64,000 nt of DNA from Dehalococcoidia bacterium (GTDB lineage Bacteria > Chloroflexota > Dehalococcoidia > UBA2979), in assembly GCA_965262725.1 (NCBI GenBank), contig OZ253555.1, forward strand, positions 416,001-480,000, read 5' to 3'. This document shows, piece after piece, positions 1-9,530 of this stretch; the stretch's first letter is position 1; each line of letters starts with the position of its first letter. The notes below the pieces were generated by a model. It did not search any database, had not been told where the DNA came from, and was given only the letters and a program-made list of their open reading frames with translations. Made by a program: the position numbers and the translations under genes.

Positions 1-183
1 GTGCCCGGCGGATCCCGCTTCGGGTTCGGCACTCCGCACCGACCTTGCAGCGCGGCGGCACCACGCACGTAGCGCTTGCCGCGCGCGCCGCCGTGCGGGC
101 CGCGCACCGGACGGATAGTGTTCCGCGTGTCGCCTGCGAAGCGGGTGGCGCGCTCGCAGGGACGAGCACGGACAGGCAGGAGC

Positions 184-387
184 ATGACCGCTGCCTTCTA
201 CGTCAACGAAGACAGGCCGACCCGCTCGGCGACGGTCCACCAGGCGGGGGGCCCCTGCCAGGTCCCCCAGCGAAAGCGGGCGCGCGACGGGCAGTGGCAC
301 GGACCGTTTCGACTCAAGGAGGGGGCACTGAGAGTCGCCCGTGACGTCGGCCGCGACGTCTACGAGTGCCAGCGCTGTAACCCCTGA
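184..387 (+). CDS. Small putative zinc-binding protein (67 aa; H-x5-C...WHGPF...CxxC)
   Basis: RBS GCAGGAG precedes ATG 184. The sequence is homologous by eye to the N-terminal domain of the recombinase at 9531-10544. Confidence 0.7.
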   Translation: MTAAFYVNEDRPTRSATVHQAGGPCQVPQRKRARDGQWHGPFRLKEGALRVARDVGRDVYECQRCNP

Positions 388-711
388 CGCCGGTGGGGCG
401 ATCGCCTGTCGCGCCGACGGACGGAGCACTCGCTGTGCCGGCGCGAACTCGCGAGTGCGGTGGGGGCGATATGGCCACGCATGCCGCGACGCGATCGAGG
501 ACGGCTTCGAGCACCGCGTCTACCCCGACGCGGCGCCGCAGGGCGTGTCGGCAACCGCCGGCACTCAGTAGGATTGGTCGGGGCGTGCCGCCCGGGTGGG
601 CCGGTCCCACGTGCGGCGCCGCCCACGCCCGGTCGCGTTCACGCGCGCGCCCGGACGCAGGCGCGTCGTGCTCCCGGACACGCCTGGTCGGAACCGCCCG
701 GAGGCGCGCCC

Positions 712-1788
712 ATGTCCGAGCAGACCCCCAGCCGGGCCGAGCTGGACGCGGAGGCTCACGCGGACCTGGCGCTACACCGCGCGGTCCTCGCCGAGATGGC
801 CGCGCGCGGCGTCCCCGAGGAGGTGCTGGAGCAGCAGCGCGAGAACGTCGCGCTCGCGGCCGGGACGGCCGAGCTGCTGCGGCACAGCGAGCCCGGCCAC
901 GACTGCGCCCGCCTCGGCTGCCGCGTGGACGACCTGATCGCACGGCTGTGTGACGCCCTCACCGGCGTGCCCATGGGCTGGGGCGAGTCGACCGACGACG
1001 ACACCTCGGGCGTCGACCGGGCGCGCGGTGCCTCACCGGACGAACGGGCGCCGGGCCGGCGTCCCGCGACGATTCGCGTGTCGCTTCTCGGCAGGTTCGG
1101 CGTCACCCGGGACGGGATCACCTGCGAGCTACCGGAGGCGGAGCAGCGCCTCGTCGCGCTGGTGGCGCTCCGCCGCGTCGTGGGCCTGCCCTGGGCCGCG
1201 GAGCGGCTCGCGCCTCGCATCGAGCCGGCGAGCGCGGTCGCGCGCCTCCACGCGGCGATCGCCCGCCTGCGGTCGGCCGGCCTCGACATGCTCGACGTCG
1301 ACGGCCGGGTGCTCAGCCTGGCGGCGGGCGTCACGGTCGACGCCGCGGAGGCGGAGGCGTTCTTCTCCCGGCTCGCGCGGCAGGGGGGCGACCCGCGGTG
1401 GAGCGCCGACCACGACCGGCTGCTGCTGGAGCTGCTCCCCGGCTGGACGGACGGCTGGGTGCTTCTCCAGCGTGTCAGGTTCGAGGCTCTCTCCCTGCGC
1501 GCACTGGACACGGAGATCCGCCGGCTGCTGGACGGCGGCGCCCGGACCGCCGCCCTGACCTTCGCGCAGAAGGTGCTCCGGGCCGATCCGTTCCGCGAGA
1601 GCACCCTGCGCCTGCTGATCGCGACCCACCTCGCCGAGGGCCGCGACGAGCTCGCCCGTGACTGCTACCTGGACTTCCGGCGGGATCTGCTCGACGCGTT
1701 CGGCTTCGAGCCCTCGCCGATGGCCCGTGCGCTCGTCGCCCACCTGCTGGGCGACGAGGGCGCGCCCGGCGAGAGATCTCCGGGCTGA
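712..1788 (+). CDS. SARP-family transcriptional regulator (wHTH + BTAD) with N-terminal extension
   Basis: GGAGG precedes ATG 712. Motifs IRVSLLGRF, LLPGWTDGWV and DPFRES...LIATHLAEG...LDAFGFEPS are typical of AfsR/SARP-BTAD proteins. Confidence 0.85.
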   Translation: MSEQTPSRAELDAEAHADLALHRAVLAEMAARGVPEEVLEQQRENVALAAGTAELLRHSEPGHDCARLGCRVDDLIARLCDALTGVPMGWGESTDDDTSGVDRARGASPDERAPGRRPATIRVSLLGRFGVTRDGITCELPEAEQRLVALVALRRVVGLPWAAERLAPRIEPASAVARLHAAIARLRSAGLDMLDVDGRVLSLAAGVTVDAAEAEAFFSRLARQGGDPRWSADHDRLLLELLPGWTDGWVLLQRVRFEALSLRALDTEIRRLLDGGARTAALTFAQKVLRADPFRESTLRLLIATHLAEGRDELARDCYLDFRRDLLDAFGFEPSPMARALVAHLLGDEGAPGERSPG

Positions 1789-1829
1789 CGCGTCGAGCGT
1801 GCGCCGGCCGGTTTCAGCGCCCGGTGTGG

Positions 1830-2270
1830 GCGCGGGCGGCACGGTCAACGACATCGACTGGTACCGGGTCGGACTGCAGGTTCGCGCAACCTGTCAGTTC
1901 GACATGCGCGGCAAGCCGACCGGCGGGTGGCAGCTGGTCGACGGCGTGCCCGCGTACGTCTCCGTGGGCAGCCTGGAAGCTCCGAAGCTGCTGGGAATCT
2001 ACGACGCGAGCGGCGTACTGCTCGCGGGCACGGACTCGGAGGTGGCGGGCACGGGCAAGGACAGCCGGATCGCGTCGTTCAGCCCCGCCGCGGACGGTGT
2101 CTACTTCATCTCCGCCTCGGCCGGGAGCGGCTGGACGGGCACCTACGTACTCTCGCTCACCGTGACGGCCGGCGAGCACGTCACGACCTGACCTTGCTCG
2201 CGCCAGGCGGCCTGACCGCGACCATCGTGGACGGCAGCGGCGGCGCGCTGAGTTGGAACACGCCCGCGCG
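1830..2270 (+). pseudogene. Remnant of an extracellular protein (pre-peptidase C-terminal-like domain followed by the start of an FN3 domain)
   Basis: DIDWYRV...LLGIYDASG...DGVYFISAS...GTYVLSL, then APGGLTAT...LSWNTP in another frame. No start or signal peptide. Confidence 0.55.
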
Positions 2271-2331
2271 GGCCAGGTCCGGCGGATGGATCCCGGTGCC
2301 CGCGAGGGCGCGCCGGGCGGCAGCCGTCCGG

Positions 2332-3177
2332 TTACGGCGAGGGCGGACCGTCGCTGGTCGCGAGCAGGGGCGTGTCGGGGGGAATCCCGTCCGCGAAGAG
2401 CGCGCGGAAGGCGCGGTTGACGAAATCCGGCGCGCCGAGGACGTAGGGAACGAAGACGCCGTTCTGTGTGGCGCAGAGGGACCTGATGTGCCGGCTCTCG
2501 GCGCACGAGACCAGCTCCGGGACGGTTCCGCCTTCGTAGCTGACGAGGCTGAAGCCGGCCGCGCCGGCGCCCCGGAGGCACGGCGCCGGCGGCTCCTGGG
2601 CGATCCGCACGCGGTAGATGCCACTTCGGCTCCGATCGGGCGAGGTCACGGTCACCGTGATCTCCGTGCCGTCCGCGATCGGCACCTGGTGGCCGCTCGT
2701 GAAGCGGTCCGAGTCGGGCGGTGCGATGACGATCAGGGCGCGGGGCTGCGCGCCATGGGCATCGACCGTCGACTCCGCGATTCCCGCCCGGGCAACACCG
2801 GCGTAGTCGCGGCGGGCGGGAGTGAACTCACCGATGTCGACGCCCGACAGCGTGAGCGAGGTGAGGCGGGTGTCGGTGGCGTCGGGCATGTTGTAGCTGT
2901 AGATGTGAATGTCGCTCCCGTCGGCGACGTACATGACGCCCCCGTCGGACCAGATGGCGCGCGGGCTGTTGTTGCCTGCCTGCGAGAGCGAGAGCTCCGG
3001 GAAGTCCTCCTCCTCGACGCGCTCGAGTCTGATCGGCCCGGCCTCCTCCAGCGCGGGCAGGCGGTAGGCGAGTGCTCGTTCCAGCGCGGCGCGCACATCT
3101 TCCTCGGCCCGAAGTGCCGGGCCGAGGAGCGCGTCATCGCCCGGGAGTGGATCATCCGCGCCTCGGAGGCGCTCCAC
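2332..3177 (-). pseudogene. Truncated or chimeric surface protein: beta-propeller end, cadherin-like beta-sandwich and C-terminal 'GAPDFVN' domain
   Basis: GNNSPRAIWSDG, LTSLTLSGVDIGEF...ITVTVTSPD and YVLGAPDFVNRAF. No signal peptide, and the N-terminus looks unrelated. Confidence 0.6.
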
Positions 3178-3275
3178 CTGCGCCCACCTGGGCGAGCGCC
3201 GCCACGGTCGAGTACTTCCTGGAGTACGCCAGCAGGGTCGTCGACCACCGGCTGTGGACTCGCGTCCGGAGGCGT

Positions 3276-3497
3276 ATCAGCGAACCCGCACGAAGACGAT
3301 GTCGTCGTGGTCGACCACGAGGTAGTTCGAGACGTAGGCCGGCGCCGCCGGAACGTAGACGCGGCAGCTTCGGGTGGGCACGTCCAGGGTCGCTGGACTC
3401 CCGTCCAGCGCATCACACCGAGGACTGGGCCCGCCGGTAGCTCACCGACGAACGTCCCGAACGTAGCATCCGGGACAGGTGAGAGATCGAGGCGCCG
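3276..3497 (-). pseudogene. Frameshifted paralogous copy of the 3' end of the gene at 3869-4519
   Basis: RLDLSPVPDATFGTFVGELP.GP..GV.RWTG, then DVPT.S.RVY.PAAP..VS.YL.VD.DDIV..RVR, with an internal deletion. Confidence 0.8.
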
Positions 3498-3829
3498 CGT
3501 TCCGCCCGGGTGTTGAGTCCGTGGCGCCTCAGGACGCGCCAGACCCCGCTGTGGGAGAGGCGGATGCCTCCCCGGCGGGGGCGCGCGATCTCGGCGCCGA
3601 TGCGCACGGGTCCGAGGCCCTGGTAGCCGAGGGCGAAGGCGACGACGGGCTGCTCGACGACCGGACTGGTGGCGTTGGGGAGACGCGGTGGGCGTGCCGA
3701 GCACCGGCGCGGCCCGGGATCTGCCTCCCGCCGGCGCCGGGCGGGGCGCCTGACGGCGCGCGTGCCCGAGGGGAGGGAGGGGCTGTGTTCTCGCGGCACG
3801 GCCGCTCCCGGCCGCACGTCGTGCGACAC
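3497..3829 (-). mobile_element. IS481-family transposase remnant (N-terminal HTH region only)
   Basis: PRLPNATSPVVEQPVVAFALGYQGLGPVRIGAEIARPRRGGIRLSHSGVWRVLRRHGLNTR resembles IS481 transposases. No DDE domain. Confidence 0.7.
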
Positions 3830-3868
3830 GCGGCAGTTCTCCTGGTGGCGTGTGCGGAGGTGTGGAGG

Positions 3869-4519
3869 CTAGCGGACGCGGATGACGACGATGTCGTCGC
3901 GGTCGACCAGCAGGTACCTGGAGACGAAGTCCGGTGCCGCCGGTGCGTAGACGCGATAGCTCTGGGTGGGCACGTCGAAGTACGAGACGGACTCCACGTC
4001 GCGCGGGATCGTGGCAACCGCCTGCTCGATCGGCGTCGCCGAGGCGCCCGTCCAGCGCAGCACACCGAGGCCCGGGCCCGTTGGTAGCTCACCGACGAAC
4101 GTCCCGAACGTGGCGTCCGGGACCGGTGAGAGATCGAGGCGCTGCGTGCCGGCCTGCCACGCCTGCGTCTGCGCGGCGGGTGATCCCTCGTCCACCTCCC
4201 CGGCGAGGAGCAGGAAGCTCACCGGGGAGCCCTCCGTGCCGCAACCCTCCTTCGTGGATGCGGCGGCCACGGTGACGACGTAGAAGCCGAGTCCGCCCGC
4301 CAGGGGCGTCACATCGTCCGTGCCACAGGTGACGTCGGAGACGATCGCACGCACCTTCAGGGGAGTTGCGCCGCCGGCGCCGGGAGAGATGAAGCCGTAG
4401 AAAATGGAGGCGTCCGCCTCCTGCGCATGTGCGCGGGAGGCGGACGCTCCAGATGAGGCCACGAGGGCCAGGCCGGCGGCGATGGCGAACGCTGCGACGA
4501 GCGTCGAGCGGATAGCCAT
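3869..4519 (-). CDS. Secreted protein with a Cys-pair beta domain and C-terminal 'APDFV' domain
   Basis: Signal peptide ending AHA-Q, two Cys, and C-terminal YAPAAPDFVSRY. Confidence 0.8.
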   Translation of the reverse strand: MAIRSTLVAAFAIAAGLALVASSGASASRAHAQEADASIFYGFISPGAGGATPLKVRAIVSDVTCGTDDVTPLAGGLGFYVVTVAAASTKEGCGTEGSPVSFLLLAGEVDEGSPAAQTQAWQAGTQRLDLSPVPDATFGTFVGELPTGPGLGVLRWTGASATPIEQAVATIPRDVESVSYFDVPTQSYRVYAPAAPDFVSRYLLVDRDDIVVIRVR

Positions 4520-4541
4520 GCCGCCAACCACTACGCGAGCG

Positions 4542-5117
4542 CTAGCGGACCCGGCCGGTCACCGAGCGCGCACCCGCGAGCATCGCCACGGCGAGGGCGC
4601 CGAGGCCAAGCGCGAGCCACGGGCTCGAGGACGACGTGCCGGCGAGGCCGGCGTTGCCGGTGTCCGGCGGCTCCGGCGTCATGGTCTCCGTCGGCGTCAT
4701 GGTCTCCGTCGGCGTCATGGTCTCCGTCGGCGTCATGGTCTCCGTCGGCGTCTCACCCATGCTGCCCATGTCGTAGGTCAGCGTGACTTCGGACGCGAGA
4801 CCGGCACTCCAGGTCACCGTCTCGTTGGCGGCATTGCCGTCAACCGTGAAGGTGATCTCGGAGCCGCTGGCGACGCCACACTCACCGTCGTCGATCTGGA
4901 CCAACCACACCGAAGTGGCCGCGTCGACCGCGGCGGTCTCGCAGACCACCCCGTCGACGGAGGCGACGATCACCGAGTCCGCGGCCGGAGCCGGTCCCCA
5001 GAGAAGAGTCGGCGCCTGTGCGTGGGCGGACGGCGCGGAGGCGAGACCGGCGCCGAGCAGAAGGGCCGCGAGAGCGACCACCCCACCCAGCCGGGTCAGG
5101 CCCTTGCTGAGAATCAT
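4542..5117 (-). CDS. Putative sortase-anchored surface protein (PPDTG motif) with TETMTP linker repeats
   Basis: RBS AGGGGAGG, signal peptide ending AHA-Q, PPDTGNAG followed by a hydrophobic TM segment and basic tail GRVR. Confidence 0.8.
   Translation of the reverse strand: MILSKGLTRLGGVVALAALLLGAGLASAPSAHAQAPTLLWGPAPAADSVIVASVDGVVCETAAVDAATSVWLVQIDDGECGVASGSEITFTVDGNAANETVTWSAGLASEVTLTYDMGSMGETPTETMTPTETMTPTETMTPTETMTPEPPDTGNAGLAGTSSSSPWLALGLGALAVAMLAGARSVTGRVR
4675..4752. repeat. 18-bp tandem repeat GGCGTCATGGTCTCCGTC x4 plus a partial copy
   Basis: Read directly; encodes TETMTP repeats on the minus strand. Confidence 0.95.
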
Positions 5118-5170
5118 TCATTCCTCCCCTGTGCCCGTGCGGGACATGCATCCCGCCCGTCAGTTCTGTT

Positions 5171-5213
5171 CACAGCCCCCGGACCGCGCGTTCGGCGCGA
5201 CCCGGGGGCTGTG
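5171..5213 (-). terminator. Intergenic stem-loop after the 657-aa surface protein gene (terminator/attenuator or mRNA stabiliser)
   Basis: 12-bp perfect arms CACAGCCCCCGG (5171-5182) and CCGGGGGCTGTG (5202-5213). No clear U-tract. Confidence 0.55.
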
Positions 5214-5244
5214 GTTGCTGCTGCCTTAGCAGCTGCTCACGCAG

Positions 5245-7218
5245 CTACGGGCAGGACACGTACGCGGCCGCGAAGGCGATCGGGAACTCGACGTTGTCGG
5301 TGAACCCGCGGTTCGCGAAGTCCGGAGCACCCACGGCGTAGATGACAGGGGTGCCATCCATGAGCGTGAGGCTGACCGACGCACCGGTCTGGTCGCCACA
5401 GCCGATGAGCCCGAGGGCGTCATCGATGCTGGACAGGTTGGTGAAGCTCACCAAACCAGACTGGCCCGCCGACGGGTTGAACCCGACGATACCAGGCGGC
5501 GTAACCACCTCAACCACCTCAGGCGGCGCAGGCGGCTCAACCTCCGCACCGATCTGGATGATGATCGGCTCCTTGGCCGTGACCTTCTTTTTGGCGTCCT
5601 TCGTGCGCACGAGGAACTCGACCACGCCCGGCGTGGACGGCGCGATGTAGCTGAACTTCGCGCGCCCGTCGCTGGTGTTGGCCGACACCTCGCTGATGAT
5701 CGCGCCGTCGCCGGCGGTCTTCAGCACCTCGATGGCCGTGCTGCCCACGCGGACGCCCTGGTCGTCGAGCACGGTGATGTTCACCGTGAGCTCGGCCGAC
5801 GGGTCGATCCGCTCGGGAGCGTCGTGCAGGATGTCATCCGGCGCGCCGCCCACGTCGATCGAGAGCTTCACGGCCTCGACCTTGGTGTTGGCGGTCGTGC
5901 CCGTGTCGCCGCTGAGCGCCACGATAGTGATCTCGTGCGCGCCGCGGGCCGCATCGTCCGACGTGCCGTCGGCCGAACCGGCGTCGACCTGCAGAACGCA
6001 CTTGCCGTCGCCGTTCGTGCCGATCGATGCGAACACGCCAACCACAGGCGAATTCTCGTCGTCGGCGTTGGCGTCAACGGCAGTGATACCGCCGCCACAG
6101 GCCGGGTAGTCGCCCGTCTGGACCGTGCCCTTCGTGCCGCCATCCTTGTTCATGTTGTTGGCGACGGACACCTCGTTGCCAGTGCTGCTCGGCCCGACGA
6201 CGCCGGTCGCGCCAGACTTGACGCCCGCGCGTGACTTCGCCACGGGGTTGCCAGCGGAGTCGGTCGCGGTGACGACGATGTAGGTCATGCCGCCGACCTC
6301 GATCGCCGACTGCTGGGCCATCGCGGTCAGCGTCTTGACCGGCCCGTGCAGCACGAGTTGGGCTGTCCCGGTGACGCTGCCCACCGTTGCGGTGATCGTG
6401 GAGACGCCGGGGGTGCCCCCGCCCTTCACAGCCACACGCACCCAGCCGGCCGTGTCGACATCGTCGCTAGAGACGTCGTCATCGCCGTCCGCAGTGGTGG
6501 TTGCGGTTCCGGCCAGAGCCGCGGCGGTACCGCTGGCGATTGACCCGACCGTCACCGTCTCGCTATTGATGGTGCGGCTCAGTTCAGTCGACGGCTCCAG
6601 CAAGGCGCGGGTCGATACGATCGTGATCGCCTTGTCCGCGATGCCCTTGCCGTTCGCATCCGTCAGCCGGATGTCGAGGGTCGTCTCACCGGCGGTGGCC
6701 GTGCCTTGCCCGGAGTCAATCGACCTATCGGCGAGCTTCAGCGCCAGCTTCGTCGGCACCTGCGCGACCTCGACGGTGATCGTGTCGAGTTCGTTTTGCG
6801 GGGTGGACGCGACAGTCGCCTGCCTGACGAAGATGGCGCCCGCACCGGAGTCGTCGTCGATCTTCAGTGCCACCGTGACGTTGTCCGTCTCGGCCTTCTC
6901 CGCGTCGCAGGCTCCCCCGCCGTTGCACAAGATGGACTGGCCCTCGTCGGTCGCGCTCGAGTGCGTGAAGGATGCCGTGGCCTTCCCGGTGGTCTCGATC
7001 GTGAACCGCACGTAGATCGTGTCACTGCCGTTGTCGTTGTTGATGTAGACGGTGTCGCCGTTGCTCCTGGTGAGATCGCCACCGCTCAGTCCGCTGCCAG
7101 TGGCGGTTTGTCTCACTTCCGCCTCGGCGGTCGGGGCGGACACCAGCACAGCGAACGCCACCGCGAAGGCGGCGACGCCGGCGAGGCCGTATGCGCCCAG
7201 CTTAAGTACGTATTGCAT
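5245..7218 (-). CDS. Large secreted Ig-like (invasin/Big-like) surface protein, S-layer candidate, with C-terminal 'GAPDFAN' domain
   Basis: RBS GGAG, signal peptide, Thr/Ala/Asp/Gly-rich beta repeats (IRLTDANGKGI, VVTATDSAGNPV, ITVLDDQGVRV), Pro linker, and YAVGAPDFANRGF. Confidence 0.85.
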   Translation of the reverse strand: MQYVLKLGAYGLAGVAAFAVAFAVLVSAPTAEAEVRQTATGSGLSGGDLTRSNGDTVYINNDNGSDTIYVRFTIETTGKATASFTHSSATDEGQSILCNGGGACDAEKAETDNVTVALKIDDDSGAGAIFVRQATVASTPQNELDTITVEVAQVPTKLALKLADRSIDSGQGTATAGETTLDIRLTDANGKGIADKAITIVSTRALLEPSTELSRTINSETVTVGSIASGTAAALAGTATTTADGDDDVSSDDVDTAGWVRVAVKGGGTPGVSTITATVGSVTGTAQLVLHGPVKTLTAMAQQSAIEVGGMTYIVVTATDSAGNPVAKSRAGVKSGATGVVGPSSTGNEVSVANNMNKDGGTKGTVQTGDYPACGGGITAVDANADDENSPVVGVFASIGTNGDGKCVLQVDAGSADGTSDDAARGAHEITIVALSGDTGTTANTKVEAVKLSIDVGGAPDDILHDAPERIDPSAELTVNITVLDDQGVRVGSTAIEVLKTAGDGAIISEVSANTSDGRAKFSYIAPSTPGVVEFLVRTKDAKKKVTAKEPIIIQIGAEVEPPAPPEVVEVVTPPGIVGFNPSAGQSGLVSFTNLSSIDDALGLIGCGDQTGASVSLTLMDGTPVIYAVGAPDFANRGFTDNVEFPIAFAAAYVSCP

Positions 7219-7949
7219 TCATTCTCCAAATCGGTTCGTGTGTTCTCTCCCGATCGTCTGCGCTACCCGATCGCGCCTCCCTCTTTCGCCCCGACCCCCC
7301 GGACGGCCCCTGCACGACGCGCGCGCACTCCCGCCCACATCTCATGTAAACGACGTGGCGCGGGGAAAGGTTACCGGCGCGGCCCGCTTACGGCACGCAC
7401 CGATGCCGCCAGCGGTCCCGTACCCATGCTCCGCAACGCCCCGTGCAACAACGCGGCGGCCGGCCCCTTTCACCGGCGACACCCGCGCCCCGCCTCTGCT
7501 TGCGGAAGAGGCGGGGCGCTGTGGTTCCCGGGCGAGCTCGGAGGGGTGGCCGGAGCGGCGTGTCGTGAGATAGGATTCCGCGCACCGGGGGTCCACGGGG
7601 GTATAAGGGGCGGGGAAGCCCCGCGGGGGCTCGGGCGTTCGTGGTAACTCCGGGCGTTCGGGTCTTCTTTTACCCCTCCCCGCCACTTCCCACCCACATG
7701 GTCCGCGCGACGGGCGCCCCATCGTGCTACCAGGATGTCATGCACGCGAGGCGTGCCCCGCTCGCGACGCCCTGGCCGCCGGACTCGGGCGCGGGGGGAG
7801 CCGGCCGGCGGACAGCTCGTGTGTTCGCGGCCGGCGTGGCGGCCGGCGGGTGATCTCCGTCCGGGAGCCGGCGACCATGGGCTCAAGCGCCTACGGGTCG
7901 ACCGGACGCTGGTAGACCGCATCCGGATCGCCGTACGCGCTGCCCTCGT

Positions 7950-8111
7950 ATAGCAGCACCCGTGTCGCCGGATAGTCAGGCGCCTCATCGTAGTACAGAT
8001 GACATGAGCGTCGGCCCCCTCCTCAGAGGGGATACTTCCCCTCCGGGCACGGGCTCCCGTGGTGGCCCAGGAGAACGGCTCAGGCGGGCCGCGAGAGGTA
8101 GGAGACCGACC
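7950..8111 (+). ncRNA. Putative IS110 left-end non-coding region (bridge RNA candidate)
   Basis: About 160 nt directly upstream of an IS110 DEDD ORF. Contains hairpin GAGGGGA-TACT-TCCCCTC (8026-8043), and GTCGG (8010) could pair with CCGAC (8106) next to the RBS. Confidence 0.45.
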
Positions 8112-8560
8112 GTGGCACAGGGTACATCAGATGTCACAGAGAGCAGGAAGGCGGGGGCTGCGGAGCTCGTGACTGTCGGCATCGACGTCGGCGACCGCTA
8201 CAGCCACCTCTGCGTCCTCGGTGGCGACGGGGAGATCCTGCGGGAGGAGCGAGTCCGCACCACGACCGCGGCGCTCACGCGGGCGCTCGCCGGGGATGAC
8301 GGGCGCGCGGGTGGTGATGGAGGTGGGGCCGCGGTCCCCGTGGCTGAGCCGGATGCTCTCGGAGCTCGGGCACGACGTCATCGTCGCCACCCCGGGGCGG
8401 GTCAGGCTGATCGCGCGCAGCCAGCGCAAGACCGGCCGCTCCGATGCCGAGCACCTCGCACGGCTTGGCCGATTCGACCCGGCGCTCCTCTTCCCCATCC
8501 GGCACCGAAGCGCCATGGCGCAGGCGGACCTCCGGCTCCGACGCGGACACCGCCTGCTCG
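8112..8560 (+). pseudogene. IS110-family recombinase, N-terminal DEDD domain; frameshifted near 8295 and truncated
   Basis: TVGIDVGDRYSHLCVL, then in a second frame VVMEVGPRSPWLSRML...KTGRSDAEHLARLGR. AGGAG RBS precedes GTG 8112. Confidence 0.85.
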
Positions 8561-8871
8561 CCCGGTACGGCGCTCACCATGACAGCCGAGCGGGAAGCAC
8601 GCCCCGGGCCATCGGGGGCGATCGTCTCCTGCGAGCGCCGGGACGGGGCGGCGCCTCTGGCGCTGGTCCGGTGCCCGCCCGGACGGCGGTCGTGCCAGCC
8701 GTCCGTCGCCGGTTCGGCGGCGCGCCGCCGGGCCCCGCCCGGGCGCCCGGAGCGCGCAGGGGCGAATCCCCGGCGCAGACGTGTCCCGGCTCCTGCGGCC
8801 CTGCCTGTGCCGGCACACAGCGCCGGCGATTCACGACACAACTCGTCGCGATCGACGTGGAAGGGGACCGG

Positions 8872-9345
8872 ATGCGCAGGCGGGACTACGGCAGCGGGGG
8901 CCTGAGAAAGCGGGGGAATAGCTGGCAGGCCACGCTCTGGTTACCCCGAGACCCCGATACGCAGAGGCGCACGCGCACGACGTTCACCGCAGCCACCAGG
9001 AAGGAGGCATGGGAACGGCGAAGCGGATACCAGCGTCGGCTCGAGCATGGCCTCGATGTGGTGGGTGCCGGGTCACCGCTCGGCGAGTACTCTCGACGCT
9101 GGCTTCGTGAACACGCGTCGCGATCGGTTTCAGCACGGACCCTCGCGGGCTACGAGCAGACGGGACGTCTCTTCGTCGCCTCGATCGGCTCGGTGCGGCT
9201 CCCGGACCTCCGCACGCCACACATCGAGAAGGCCCTCGCTGCATACCTGCGGTCGGGGGCAAGCAATCGCACGGCCGCGAAACACCTGGCCATACTCAGA
9301 GCCGCGCTTGCCCGGGCTGTCGTGCCGGAGCTGATTCCGCACAAC
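8872..9345 (+). pseudogene. Phage/ICE-type tyrosine integrase, arm-binding and SAM-like domains only
   Basis: GSGGLRKRGNSWQA...TFTAATRKEA...RTLAGYE...IGSVRLPDLRTPHI...LRAALARAV..ELIPHN. Homology stops before the catalytic domain. Confidence 0.8.
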
Positions 9346-9530
9346 CGCCAGACCGCGGACTCCCCGCTGCTGCGGAGCTCGGCGCACACCTGTACTCGCC
9401 GTGCGGCGGGCGGAGCGGGGGCTTTGCGTCACTCACCCTGCTCCGGGCCCTCCGTTCTCCGCAGCCTGCCGGGCCGCTACCCCCGCCTGCCTGCCGGCCG
9501 GCGTGGTGACAGTGTGATCGTGCGGGTCCG

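Noticed and set aside
120-131. 12-mer GTTCCGCGTGTC shared with 12368-12379 near SARP genes
   Set aside because: A single 12-bp match is expected by chance in 64 kb of high-GC DNA.
1927-3516. Long Arg/Gly/Ala-rich ORFs antisense to real genes (also e.g. 54903-57320 and 22625-24673)
   Set aside because: These are shadow ORFs typical of high-GC DNA, with no motifs.
3276-4145. DGR template/variable repeat pair
   Set aside because: The differences between the paralogous segments are not confined to adenines, one copy has a deletion and frameshift, and no reverse transcriptase is present.
7300-7950. Riboswitch or ncRNA upstream of the 657-aa surface protein
   Set aside because: The region is a long intergenic stretch with short repeats (CGGGCGTTCG x2), but I recognise no RNA family motif. 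An Rfam search would be needed.
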